IMG/VR virus record: IMGVR_UViG_3300022723_000094
Span: 540 to 64,539 of that record
Direction: 5' to 3' (one strand)
DNA length: 64,000 nt
From: a virus
In this document: in pieces, positions 35,511 to 45,441 of the stretch
How the letters are laid out: every line of letters begins with the position of its first letter
Numbering within the stretch: position 1 is the first letter of the stretch
Notes under the pieces: model-generated
What the model was told of the DNA's origin: nothing
The model's database searches: none
What the model saw: only the letters and a program-made list of their open reading frames with translations
Translations under genes and position numbers: made by a program

Positions 35511-36043
35511 AGACCAAGTATACCCTGGACTTCAACGAAGGCCCCGTCGCGATCGAAACGTCTCACGTCGATGCCCTCGGCACGGCGCTTTTCGACGCCC
35601 CGTTCCAGGCCCCCGTGCTTGGAGTAGAGGTTGTCCGGCTTGACGGGCGTGTACTTCTCGCCCATCCGGGCCTTCCGGCGCTCGTTGACCGAAGCCTCGC
35701 AGACCTCCACCGGGGTGGTCAGGTGAAGGACGACCAGGCCCCGCTCGGCGAGGCGCTTCAGGCGGGCCATGCCCCACGTGGAGACGATGACCCCTTCCAG
35801 GAGGACGTGCTTGCCGGCGGTGTCGTACTCGTTGACCAGCGATTCGATGTCGTCGGCCGCGCCCTTCCAGGAGAAGCCGTCACAGCCCCCGCAGTTGGGG
35901 CCGTCGTACTTCCCGATGATGGCGGCGGAATCCCACTCCATCACCATCTTGTCCTGGTGAATCGGGTCCCCCATGACGTCGATGACCCGGCGCATGAGCG
36001 TGGTCTTCCCAGAGCCGTTCGTTCCGGCGATGATGATGATCAT
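35507..36043 (-). CDS. P-loop nucleotide kinase of thymidine-hypermodification clusters
   Basis: IIAGTNGSGKTT, GKYDG.NCGGCDG, VLLEGVIVS, C..SVNERR; ATGA overlap with the phosphatase gene. Confidence 0.82.
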   Translation of the reverse strand: MIIIIAGTNGSGKTTLMRRVIDVMGDPIHQDKMVMEWDSAAIIGKYDGPNCGGCDGFSWKGAADDIESLVNEYDTAGKHVLLEGVIVSTWGMARLKRLAERGLVVLHLTTPVEVCEASVNERRKARMGEKYTPVKPDNLYSKHGGLERGVEKRRAEGIDVRRFDRDGAFVEVQGILGL

Positions 36044-36450
36044 CCAAGGCCTCCTGCGAGTAGTGCCGCCTCGAAGACGGGGTTGGCGATGGCCCGCGGG
36101 CGGACCTCGCGGATGTGGGCAATGGCTTCCTCCGGGGTCCAGCCCCGTCGGATCAGGTAGAGGGCGATGAGGGTGGCGGAGCGGTTCCGTCCGGCGTGGC
36201 AGTGCACCAGCACTGTCCGGCCTTCTGCGTGCCACAGCTCCAGATCCTCGAGAGCCTTGCCGAAGAGGTCGGGCTTGAAGTACTTCCCGTCCGGGATCGC
36301 GTACTCCGAATACCGCTCGACCATGTCCTGCACTTCCTGGGGCGCACCCTTCAGGACCGTACAGATGACAGCCTCAGCTCCGCTCTCGCGGATCATCTCC
36401 GGCTTGGGCATAGAGCCCACCCAGAGGTTCGGGATCACTTCACGTAGCAT
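36040..36450 (-). CDS. Dual-specificity / PTP-like CX5R phosphatase
   Basis: VIPNLWVGS, VLVHCHAGRNRS, AIAHIREVRP.A.ANP.F. Confidence 0.92.
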   Translation of the reverse strand: MLREVIPNLWVGSMPKPEMIRESGAEAVICTVLKGAPQEVQDMVERYSEYAIPDGKYFKPDLFGKALEDLELWHAEGRTVLVHCHAGRNRSATLIALYLIRRGWTPEEAIAHIREVRPRAIANPVFEAALLAGGLG

Positions 36451-37430
36451 CGTCCCACCTCACGGGGCTGGCCAGGTCTTCGGTGCGTGTGTAGTCGAAC
36501 AGCATGTCCGACCACGTGTAGTTGAGGGTCGTGGCGATCTTGCCCACCCCTTCGCGACGGCCCGTCCACCGTCCCCCGACCTCGCCGAGCGGACGGGTGG
36601 GGAACAGCTCCTTGCGGTCGTCCCACATCCTGAGCTTCAGGTCGGGCAGCTTGGCTTGAAGGGCGATCGCCCGCCCCAGCTCCGAGTCGTGCGACCGACC
36701 GGGGTACTGGGACTGTGATGTGATGTTCTGCCGGTACTCGCACAGGAGCACTTCAAACGAGAACCAGTTGAGGTCAAGGTCACGCTCTTCGCGCAGCCAC
36801 TCCTTCTCCTCGAGCGCGACCCAGTTCGTGAGCTGGATCGTGGCCGGATCGTTCTTCTTGTGCAGTCCCCGCAGTTCCGGCCGAAGCCAGGCCAGGGCCT
36901 CGCGAGGCGTCGGACCACCGTGCGGCCGGATGTCCAACCAGTGGTGCTTGAGGATGCCCGCCATGAGGAGGGTCTCGTACAGCTTCATGCTGCCGTACCG
37001 CCCGTTCATAGGGACCGTGCAGATGTACCGCCAGTCGTCTTCGAAGCTGGTGCCGGGAGGCCAGAACTCCGTGACCCAGCGGGCGTACCCGAGCATGAAG
37101 TCGGTGAACCGCTTGATCCCGTAGATCGCTCGACGCTCTCGTCGGATCTCGAAGAACGGATACATGTTCTCCATCCAGCACCGGAACGTCTCTTCGTCCT
37201 CAAGGACGCTTTCAGCCGTGGGCCACGACTGGGCGATCAGCTCCCCGGTCGAGACGCAGTAGGGTCCGATGTAACAGCCGCCCAGGAACCAGACGGGATC
37301 CGGAGAGTCCTTCGCCTGGTGGACGGCCAGCTGCATGTGGGGGTCCGGCCCGCCCCCGAGGATCTCGTAGTAGCAGAACTCCGGAAACATCTTCCGGTGC
37401 CACAACGGATCCGTCGGGACGTGGTCGAGG

Positions 37431-37444
<14 letters not shown>
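36440..37444 (-). CDS. Amino-acid:DNA-transferase-like protein (aGPT-Pplase2/3-type helical family)
   Basis: RRERR, GRYGSMKLYE and FEVLLCEYR..YPG. The C-terminal E..LCEY motif is shared with the 5-hmdU kinase at 29.8-30.6 kb. The clade cannot be fixed by eye. Confidence 0.68.
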
Positions 37445-38489
<1,045 letters not shown>

Positions 38490-38508
38490 GAGAAGGTCTC
38501 TGGGGGTT

Positions 38509-38832
38509 TCAGGCTGCGATCAGCGCACGCCAGGTGGCGTAGCCGTCGACGCCCAACGAAGTATGGAGCTGGGAGCGGACGGACGTGTGGGTCCGGCCGA
38601 GTTCCGCCGCGATGACGTGCTCATCCTGACCGCTGTTGGCCAGGCGGACTGCGGTAGCTCTCTCCGCGTCGTTCCACCTCTTGGGAGGCGTCTCCACGTT
38701 GCGCTTGCCGCCCTTCCGCTTGGGCGCAGGTTCGGTCTCGATCTGCCGCTTGAGGACGTCGATGTCCCGGGCGAGTTGGGAGGCTTGACCCGCGAGGACG
38801 TCCAGGCGGGCGAGTAGATCTTTCTGCTTCAT
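38509..38832 (-). CDS. Coiled coil plus HTH DNA-binding protein
   Basis: RWNDAER..AVRL..SG.....IAAELGRT..SVR. Confidence 0.7.
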   Translation of the reverse strand: MKQKDLLARLDVLAGQASQLARDIDVLKRQIETEPAPKRKGGKRNVETPPKRWNDAERATAVRLANSGQDEHVIAAELGRTHTSVRSQLHTSLGVDGYATWRALIAA

Positions 38833-38856
38833 TTTGGTTCTACCTTGGTGAAATGG

Positions 38857-38883
38857 GAAGGCGGGGGCACGAAGGCCCCCTTC
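38857..38883 (-). terminator. Small hairpin between genes
   Basis: gggggc-acgaag-gccccc; no clear U-tract. Confidence 0.35.
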
Positions 38884-38905
38884 AGTTTGAACCCTACCCC
38901 GCCGC

Positions 38906-39391
38906 TCAGCGAGAGGCGCGGATGATTCCGGCGTCGTCCGTGGTGACGTCGAAGCCCAGCCAGCGGCTGACCATCTTGATGTCGTTGTGGAGCGTCTCGG
39001 TGTTGAACTCCTCGAGTTGCCCAAGCAGGCCCTCGAAGGTAGCTCCGTCGGCCGTCAGGACCGCCAGCAGGCGACCGCGGCGGGAGTTGGCGCGGTACGA
39101 ACGCTTGCGCTCGCCGCCCGTCAGGTTGTAGGTGCCGCGGGGCTGCTTCTTGCGGCCACGCTTGGCGGGCTCGGACACGACGTTGGCCGGGTCGCTCAGG
39201 ACTTCCTGAGTGACGCCGAGCGAGGCCAGGCCGGTGCCGGCCAGGTCGTCGACCACCTGCGAGGCCAGGATGCGGCGGATGCCGGTGTCGCGGTTGGTGA
39301 ACCGCTTGACCTGCGTGACTCCCGGGAGACCGTTGAAGATCTCGACGAGTTCCGGGCCGGTCTTTTCGATCAGTTGCTCTTGAGTGAACAT
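38906..39391 (-). CDS. Hypothetical, probably DNA-binding, protein (161 aa)
   Basis: VKRFTNRDTGIRRI; basic linker; winged-helix-like C-terminus. Confidence 0.6.
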   Translation of the reverse strand: MFTQEQLIEKTGPELVEIFNGLPGVTQVKRFTNRDTGIRRILASQVVDDLAGTGLASLGVTQEVLSDPANVVSEPAKRGRKKQPRGTYNLTGGERKRSYRANSRRGRLLAVLTADGATFEGLLGQLEEFNTETLHNDIKMVSRWLGFDVTTDDAGIIRASR

Positions 39392-39491
39392 GAGTGCTAC
39401 CTTCGGGTTCGTGGTTGTTGAGTGGGGCTTTCCACCCCATTCGCCCGGTGAGCTTCGTTTTGGCAGGGAGCCGGGTTCCCTCGAACGCCTT

Positions 39492-39529
39492 CATCATACC
39501 CGGAGCGCAGTACTTGGGACGGAAGAATC
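39492..39529 (-). promoter_or_regulatory. Putative promoter (GGGTATGATG class) heading the inositol cassette operon
   Basis: GATTCTTCCGTCC-N15-GGGTATGATG. Confidence 0.6.
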
Positions 39530-39562
39530 CGTGCTTTTCCTGACCCCCGGACATAAAGCCCT

Positions 39563-41284
39563 TCAGTCACACTCCTTACGTCCCGTCACCGAATCGATAC
39601 GGCACGATGCACCCTCCTCCTCCTGCTTCTTGAGGATGCCCATCCGCTTGCCACCAGCGTTGAAGGTCGTCAGGCCCTTGCACCCCAGCTCCCAGGCCAC
39701 CATGTAGAGTTCCTTGAAGTCCTCCCACGGCATGGTCTCCGGGACGTTGCAAGTCTTCGACACCGAGCTGTCCACCAGCCGCGAGGCGAGCGCCAGGACA
39801 CGAAGGTGGTCCTGGGCCGACACGTCCGAAGCCTCCCGGGGCACCACGCCGTAGTTGTGGAAGGCGTAGTCCCGAACGTCCTGCTCGGTCGGACCGTCGA
39901 ACGTCTGAACGGTGCGCCGCACCTCCTTGCTGTAGACCGGCTCGATGCCGGACGACACGTTGTCCGCGCACAGGGAGATCGTTCCGGTGGGCGCGATCGA
40001 GGTCAGATGGCTGTTCCGCATCCCGTGGGCACGGATGAGGTCCCGCACGTCCTCAGGCAGTCCGAGCACGAACTCCCCCGCCAGGTACTTGTTCCGGTCG
40101 AAGAGCGGGAAACTGCCCCTCTCCGCTGCGAGGAGAGCGGACGCCCGGTACGCCTCCGCGTTCAAGGTGCCCAACACGCGCTCCTCGAAGATGAGGAAGT
40201 TGTCGCTGCCATACGGGAAGCCGAGGATCTCGGCAGCGTTGGCGAGGGCCGTGACGCCCAACCCCATCCGGCGCTTGTTGTGGGCCTCCTGCTCCTGCTC
40301 GAACATGGGATAGTGGGCCTCGTCCACGACGCGGTCCATCGCGGCCACGACGACGGGGATGTCATCCATGAATAGGGGCCAGTCGAATTGCCAGCCGCCC
40401 TCGCTGGGGTCGTGATCGTTGTCCCCACACCACCGGAGGTACTTGACCAGGTTGAAGCTACCCAACAGGCACGCGCCGTAGGGCGGCAGCGGCTGCTCCC
40501 CGCACGGGTTGGTGGCGTGGATGCTCTCGCAGTAGTAGAGGTTGTTCATCCGGTTGATCTGGTCGATGAACAGGACCCCAGGCTCGGCCCAGTCCCACGT
40601 GCTCCGCATGATCTTCTCCCACAGGGCACGGGCATCCACCTCATTGAATACCTCGCCTCCCCAACGCAACTTGAAGGGGCGATCGTCGCGGACGGCAACC
40701 ATGAACTCGTCCGTCACACCGATGCTGATGTTGAAACCAGTCAGCTCGGTCTGGTTCTGCTTGGCGTGGATGAACTCCTCGATGTCCGGATGATCCACGC
40801 GCAGGACCCCCATCTGCGCACCCCGGCGGTGGCCGGAGCTGGCGATGCACTTGCAGATGGCGTCGAAGATTCCCATGAAAGCGACGGGGCCGGACGAGAC
40901 GGATCCCAGCTTCTTGATCGCAGCGCCGCGGGGCCGGAGGGTGGAGAAGTCGTAGCCGATGCCGCCGCCGAGCCGCATGGTGCTGGCCGCCTGCTCGGCG
41001 CGCTTCATGATGGAACCGTGGCCCTCGATGAAGCTGTCCTGGATGACCCCGGACACGAAGCAGTTGTAGGGGGTGACCTTCTTGGGGCTGCCGATGGCGG
41101 CCTGGATGCGGCCACCCGGCATGAAGCGCATCTCCCGGAGCGTCTCGCGGAAGCGAAGGAACTCCTCCCGGTTGTTGGTCAGGGCTCCCGCCACCCTATT
41201 CATGGCCTCGTCGAAGCTCTCCCCGGGGGCGCGGTACTTGGTGGCGTGAAGGTAGTCTGCAAAGTCTGTCTTGGGTCCGCTCAT
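39563..41284 (-). CDS. nrdJ: Ribonucleotide reductase, class II (B12-dependent, compact)
   Basis: FMPGGRI, NCFV, GGGIGYDFS, RRGAQMG, TNPCGEQPL..YGACLLGSFNL, SIAPTGTIS; no NrdB in the window; start at 41284. Confidence 0.88.
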   Translation of the reverse strand: MSGPKTDFADYLHATKYRAPGESFDEAMNRVAGALTNNREEFLRFRETLREMRFMPGGRIQAAIGSPKKVTPYNCFVSGVIQDSFIEGHGSIMKRAEQAASTMRLGGGIGYDFSTLRPRGAAIKKLGSVSSGPVAFMGIFDAICKCIASSGHRRGAQMGVLRVDHPDIEEFIHAKQNQTELTGFNISIGVTDEFMVAVRDDRPFKLRWGGEVFNEVDARALWEKIMRSTWDWAEPGVLFIDQINRMNNLYYCESIHATNPCGEQPLPPYGACLLGSFNLVKYLRWCGDNDHDPSEGGWQFDWPLFMDDIPVVVAAMDRVVDEAHYPMFEQEQEAHNKRRMGLGVTALANAAEILGFPYGSDNFLIFEERVLGTLNAEAYRASALLAAERGSFPLFDRNKYLAGEFVLGLPEDVRDLIRAHGMRNSHLTSIAPTGTISLCADNVSSGIEPVYSKEVRRTVQTFDGPTEQDVRDYAFHNYGVVPREASDVSAQDHLRVLALASRLVDSSVSKTCNVPETMPWEDFKELYMVAWELGCKGLTTFNAGGKRMGILKKQEEEGASCRIDSVTGRKECD

Positions 41285-42474
41285 CGGATGATCGTCAGGT
41301 CTCTCGCCGCGCGGGTGATTCCAGTGTACAACCAGGCGCGGCGCTGGTGCTGGGGGAACTTGTGGGATTCGTCGATGAGAGCCACGGAATCGAACTGGCT
41401 GCCCTGGGCTTTGTGTACGGTCATGGCGTAGGCGTACTCGAAGCACTGGGCCTGGCGGATGTCCCAGAAGGGGATCTCCTCCCCCAGGAAGGGCTGCAGG
41501 TGGGCGTCCACCCGCATCTGATTCCCGGTGTCGACGCTCTTGATGTATAGCTCGAGACGGCCCGTATCGGGGTCGGGTTGGGCGTCAAGAACATGCCACT
41601 GGCTGCCGTTCAGCAGGCCGGTGTCCTTGTCGTTCCGGGTACAGATGATGCGGTCGCCGGAGACCGGCAGCTCGCTCGGGAACTTGAGATGCTCTCGCAT
41701 CTTGCGGTTGACGTGTTTCCGGCTGCGATGGGTGCCCACCAATACCTGGTCGAACTTGGCGAGGTCAGCGATCTGTAGTCTCCCCTTCGGAACGACGAGG
41801 TCGCTGGTGCCCAACCCCCGGCCTTCCCGCACGCGCGTCGCCAGGGAGAGTACAGGGGAGCCAGCGGCCTGCCTGTGAACCTCGGTCAGGAGGACCTCCG
41901 GCTTGACGTTGGTGAAGTGGCCGCCGCCCTTGACCGGCGGGAGCTGGGCCGGGTCGCCCAACACGAGGAGCGGGACGCCGAAGGACAGGAGGTCCTCGGC
42001 CATCTGGCGGTTGACCATCGATACCTCGTCAACGATCAGCAGCTTGGCATCCTTCAGCGCGCTCTGGTGGTTGATGCTGAAGGAGGGTCGCTTGACGTTG
42101 TCCTGCTCCAGCTTGATCTCCGCCTTCAGAGAGGCAAGCACGCGGGGGCGGTTGTCCCCCTGCTCCTCCCGGATGTACTCGGTCTGCAGCTCGCGCAGGC
42201 GGGCAACGCTCTTGGATGAGGGCAGGTAGATGAGGGAGTGGATGGTGTCCGCCCCCTGGCAGCCCTTCTGGCGCAGGACGGACGCGGCCTTGCCGGTGTA
42301 GGCGGCGAAGATCACACGCCCATCCACCATCTCCGCGAACTGCTTGGCGATGGTCGTCTTGCCGGTGCCTGCGTACCCGAAGACGTGGAAGACCAGCTGG
42401 TCTTTCGCCACCGCCGTCTGGTACCAGCCACACGCGGCATCAAGAGCCGCCTGTTGCTGGGGTGCGAGTTTCAC
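41281..42474 (-). CDS. RecD/Dda-like SF1B DNA helicase
   Basis: GYAGTGKT, AYTGKAA, IVDEVSM, LGDPAQLPPV, YAMTVHKAQGS, YTGITRA. Confidence 0.92.
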   Translation of the reverse strand: MKLAPQQQAALDAACGWYQTAVAKDQLVFHVFGYAGTGKTTIAKQFAEMVDGRVIFAAYTGKAASVLRQKGCQGADTIHSLIYLPSSKSVARLRELQTEYIREEQGDNRPRVLASLKAEIKLEQDNVKRPSFSINHQSALKDAKLLIVDEVSMVNRQMAEDLLSFGVPLLVLGDPAQLPPVKGGGHFTNVKPEVLLTEVHRQAAGSPVLSLATRVREGRGLGTSDLVVPKGRLQIADLAKFDQVLVGTHRSRKHVNRKMREHLKFPSELPVSGDRIICTRNDKDTGLLNGSQWHVLDAQPDPDTGRLELYIKSVDTGNQMRVDAHLQPFLGEEIPFWDIRQAQCFEYAYAMTVHKAQGSQFDSVALIDESHKFPQHQRRAWLYTGITRAARDLTIIR

Positions 42475-42692
42475 GCCTGCTCGCGTGCCGCCTGGACTTG
42501 CTCGTCGAGCGCCCGCTGGTGCATCTGGTGCAGCTCCTGCTGCGCCTTCATCTGCATGAGGTGGAAGGCCTCCTTGCCGATGTAGCGGGTGATGCGCTTG
42601 GTCTTGCCGGTGCTCTTCTCAGTCACGTCGACAGAGATGCAGATGCCACGGAAGAGGAAGCGAACGATGAGGTTGAGAGCGTTCTTGATCAT
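42471..42692 (-). CDS. Hypothetical protein, 73 aa
   Basis: Overlaps the helicase start. Confidence 0.55.
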   Translation of the reverse strand: MIKNALNLIVRFLFRGICISVDVTEKSTGKTKRITRYIGKEAFHLMQMKAQQELHQMHQRALDEQVQAAREQA

Positions 42693-42714
42693 GGGGGTTC
42701 TCGCGGTAGGGGGC

Positions 42715-42788
42715 GGGGTGCCCCTGCGTTACGACTTGAAGCATGACCCTTGCAAAGGTCGGTTCACCATCGGATACAGGGGCACCCC
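42715..42788. repeat. 12-bp perfect inverted repeat with a 50-nt spacer
   Basis: ggggtgcccctg (42715-42726) / caggggcacccc (42777-42788). Confidence 0.7.
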
Positions 42789-42810
42789 TGGGTTCCAAGG
42801 TAGCACAGGG

Positions 42811-43254
42811 TCACTGACCCATCTTGGATGCTCGCCGCTTGTTGGCAGCGACGATCTTGTCCTTGTGTTCGTCAGTCATCTTACCCTTCAGGGAGGCACT
42901 GATCTTGGCACGATGACTTTCCGACTTTGGAATACCCCTAATGGGCGACTCCTCGAAGGTCCACCGGGCACCGTAGGATCCTCGGTCTCCGCCGAGAGCA
43001 AGATTCAGGCACAATGGATCGTCCACCTGCGGCTGCCCAACCAGGGCAGCTTCAATTCGACAAGCCTCGTCTCGCGACTGAACTATCACAAGGATACGTT
43101 TGGAAAAGGAATCCGGGTCTGCTTCCAGCTTGACCTTCAGCAGGTTCCCGGATCCCATGTAGTCATCCTCAGCTGGCACAGCAGCACAGGAGCGAATACC
43201 AATGTAGTACTCACCCGTCGAAGGACGGTCAATCCTGTACACGTAGTGCCACAC
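42811..43254 (-). mobile_element. GIY-YIG homing endonuclease, copy 2
   Basis: HYVYRIDRPSTGEYYIGIRS, YMGSG, EACRIEAAL, CLNLALGG. Confidence 0.85.
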
Positions 43255-43258
43255 GGGA

Positions 43259-44092
43259 TCAGAAGACCTCGTCGGTGTCCGAGGTCACGTCACGGGGCTC
43301 GCCCGCGTTCGTCGTCTGGTCCGCCTGCGCACGGCCCGACTCCACGGCGTCACGCAGCTCGCGCGCAGCCAGGTAGGCGGCATCGGTCGGGGCGACCATG
43401 GAGCCGCTGACCGAAGCCAGCAGCGGATCGGAGGTGAGGTTGCCCTCGACGTCGCGCGCCGGGTGCATCACGTAGTTCTTGAACTTGTCGCCCTTCTTGT
43501 TCTTGTCGTTCTTCGACGTCAAGCGAACGGTGTGAGCGAACAGGGGAGCCTTCTTCGACACCCGAGCGGTGTCGATGGCGGTCCAGTAGTCCCGCCACGG
43601 TCCCATCTTCGAACTGGTGAAGCCCACGATGCAGTAGCCGATCGGGGCGAGGTCCGAGTTGAGGATGATCGCGAAGATGCTCCGCGTCTCCACCAGCTCG
43701 TTGCCCTTCTCGGTGCGCAGCTCGTACTTCGACACCGCGTTCGCGCGGGCCTCCGTGACGATGGGGTCCAGCGGCTGGTGCTCAGCCACGAAGCCGCCGC
43801 GGTCGGGCAGCCACTCGATGAAGGTCGTGCGACGCACGGCCAGCTGGAGCAGCAGCTCGTCGGTGTACTCCCGGGTCGCGCCGTTGAACAGCATGCCGGG
43901 GGAGCCGCCCGGAGCGTAGACCTCTTCGTCCTCGTCAAGGATCTTCGAGTCGCTCTGGGCCAGGGAGATGAACGGGATCTTGAGATCGTCCATCGTGATG
44001 TCCATCCCGACTCCGGCATCGTCGCCGTAGTCGAAGGGGACCAGTTCGCCACCCGCCATCGGGGTGGTCAGGGCTTTCGTTTCGTCGGTCAT
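43259..44092 (-). CDS. Phage-type ssDNA-binding/annealing protein
   Basis: DDLKIPFISLAQSDS, F.EW.PDRGG.VA.H; typical replication-cluster position. Confidence 0.65.
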   Translation of the reverse strand: MTDETKALTTPMAGGELVPFDYGDDAGVGMDITMDDLKIPFISLAQSDSKILDEDEEVYAPGGSPGMLFNGATREYTDELLLQLAVRRTTFIEWLPDRGGFVAEHQPLDPIVTEARANAVSKYELRTEKGNELVETRSIFAIILNSDLAPIGYCIVGFTSSKMGPWRDYWTAIDTARVSKKAPLFAHTVRLTSKNDKNKKGDKFKNYVMHPARDVEGNLTSDPLLASVSGSMVAPTDAAYLAARELRDAVESGRAQADQTTNAGEPRDVTSDTDEVF

Positions 44093-44114
44093 GATTTCTT
44101 CTTGTGTCAGTCAG

Positions 44115-44303
44115 TTAGGAAACGTGCCCGGTGAGTCCGGACACGTGCTCGATCCTCACGAAGTCGTACATCTTCATGACGGTTTGTGCGATGTGGAGGG
44201 CGGCATCGGGGTTGGGGGCTTTGACCTCTGCGGTGCCCATGCACCTACCATAGGGTCCGTCAGCGTGGCCAACGATCTTCCACGTGCAGGGCTTCTCAGT
44301 CAC
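44115..44303 (-). CDS. Hypothetical protein, 62 aa
   Basis: Coupled to GIY-YIG copy 3. Confidence 0.5.
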   Translation of the reverse strand: MTEKPCTWKIVGHADGPYGRCMGTAEVKAPNPDAALHIAQTVMKMYDFVRIEHVSGLTGHVS

Positions 44304-44776
44304 CGGCGGTTCCTCATTGATCGGGAGATCTTCTCCCGAGTTTCCTGAGACTGCGTCGTACCCAGCCGCTTCTTGTTTCCCCTCTGGGCCTCGCTCATCT
44401 TGCGCTTGGTCTCATCCGACCGCTTGATGCCCTTCAGGCTCTTCCCGAATCGGTTGCCTTTCATGCGCCTGCTGTTCTCCCGGCGCCACTCTTCCGAGTG
44501 CTTCATTCCCAAGACCCCTTGGTTGCCTCCGGCGCACAAGTTCATGGAAAACGGATGGTCATGGTCTACCAGCTCAGCCTCGATCCGCGCAGCTTCCTCT
44601 CGGGTCTGAACGATCACGAGAATAGTCTTGACCAACTCCTCTTGGGGCACGTTCCTGACGTAGTGCCCAGAGCCCAAGTAGCGAGCGTCCTTGGTCGGGT
44701 GCTGCTTGCAGGAGCGAATCCCGACATAGAACTGACCCGTAGGGGGCCGATCAAGCCTGTAGACGTAGTGGTACAT
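44300..44776 (-). mobile_element. GIY-YIG homing endonuclease with NUMOD3 repeats, copy 3
   Basis: HYVYRLDRPPTGQFYVGIRS, YLGSG, EEAARIEAEL, HSEEW..., RSDETKRKMS, QSQETREKIS. Confidence 0.85.
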
Positions 44777-44779
44777 GAA

Positions 44780-45352
44780 TCAATCGCCGAACGCGCTCTC
44801 CGGCTTGGCGGTGATCTTGGCCTGCTTGAACTGACGGACCCCGAAGAGGTCCATCGGGATGGCTTGGCCAGCCGCCAGTCGGTCCTTGACGAACTTCTTC
44901 ATGGTCTGGGACTCGACCTTCAGCTCGTCCTTGGTTCGCAGGCCCTTCCGCTCGAGATCAGCGGCCAGGTCGTTGGCGTCCTGCTCTTCGTCGCGGCCGA
45001 AGCCGACGATGATGTTGTGCTTGATCAGGTCGCCGTAGCCGTGCTCTTTGAGCCAGGCGTAGGCCTCCGCGCGTCGGGCGGCTGGTGGGGCCGCGCGGAT
45101 GATGTCTTTGATGGAGAGCTTCACCCCACTCGTAGTGGTGAATTCCTCGATCCCGATGCTTTCCATCAACTGAGGGATCTGCTGCTGGGAGATGTCGTCA
45201 GCCTTGGCTTGGGCTTCTTCCAGCTCGCGTTTCCGCTCGACAACATCGAGCTCAGCAAGGTACAGGTCGTTGGCTAGGGAGGACAGCTCAGCCAGTCGGT
45301 CCGTGGAAGGGGCTTCCAGGTCGGCTGAGTAATCATGGGGGACGTTACTCAT
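44780..45352 (-). CDS. Conserved phage replication-cluster protein
   Basis: Coiled coil, IPQLMES.G..EF, AYAWLKEHGYGDLIK, QTMKKFVK; usual partner of the SNF2 and SSB genes. Confidence 0.7.
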   Translation of the reverse strand: MSNVPHDYSADLEAPSTDRLAELSSLANDLYLAELDVVERKRELEEAQAKADDISQQQIPQLMESIGIEEFTTTSGVKLSIKDIIRAAPPAARRAEAYAWLKEHGYGDLIKHNIIVGFGRDEEQDANDLAADLERKGLRTKDELKVESQTMKKFVKDRLAAGQAIPMDLFGVRQFKQAKITAKPESAFGD

Positions 45353-45441
45353 AGTAGAATGCTACCTCGTTCTGGCCCTCAGTTTGAGGAATTCACTAAT
45401 CTTTCTTCGTACTTCTTCGGGATGTTGGCGACCAGTTTACC

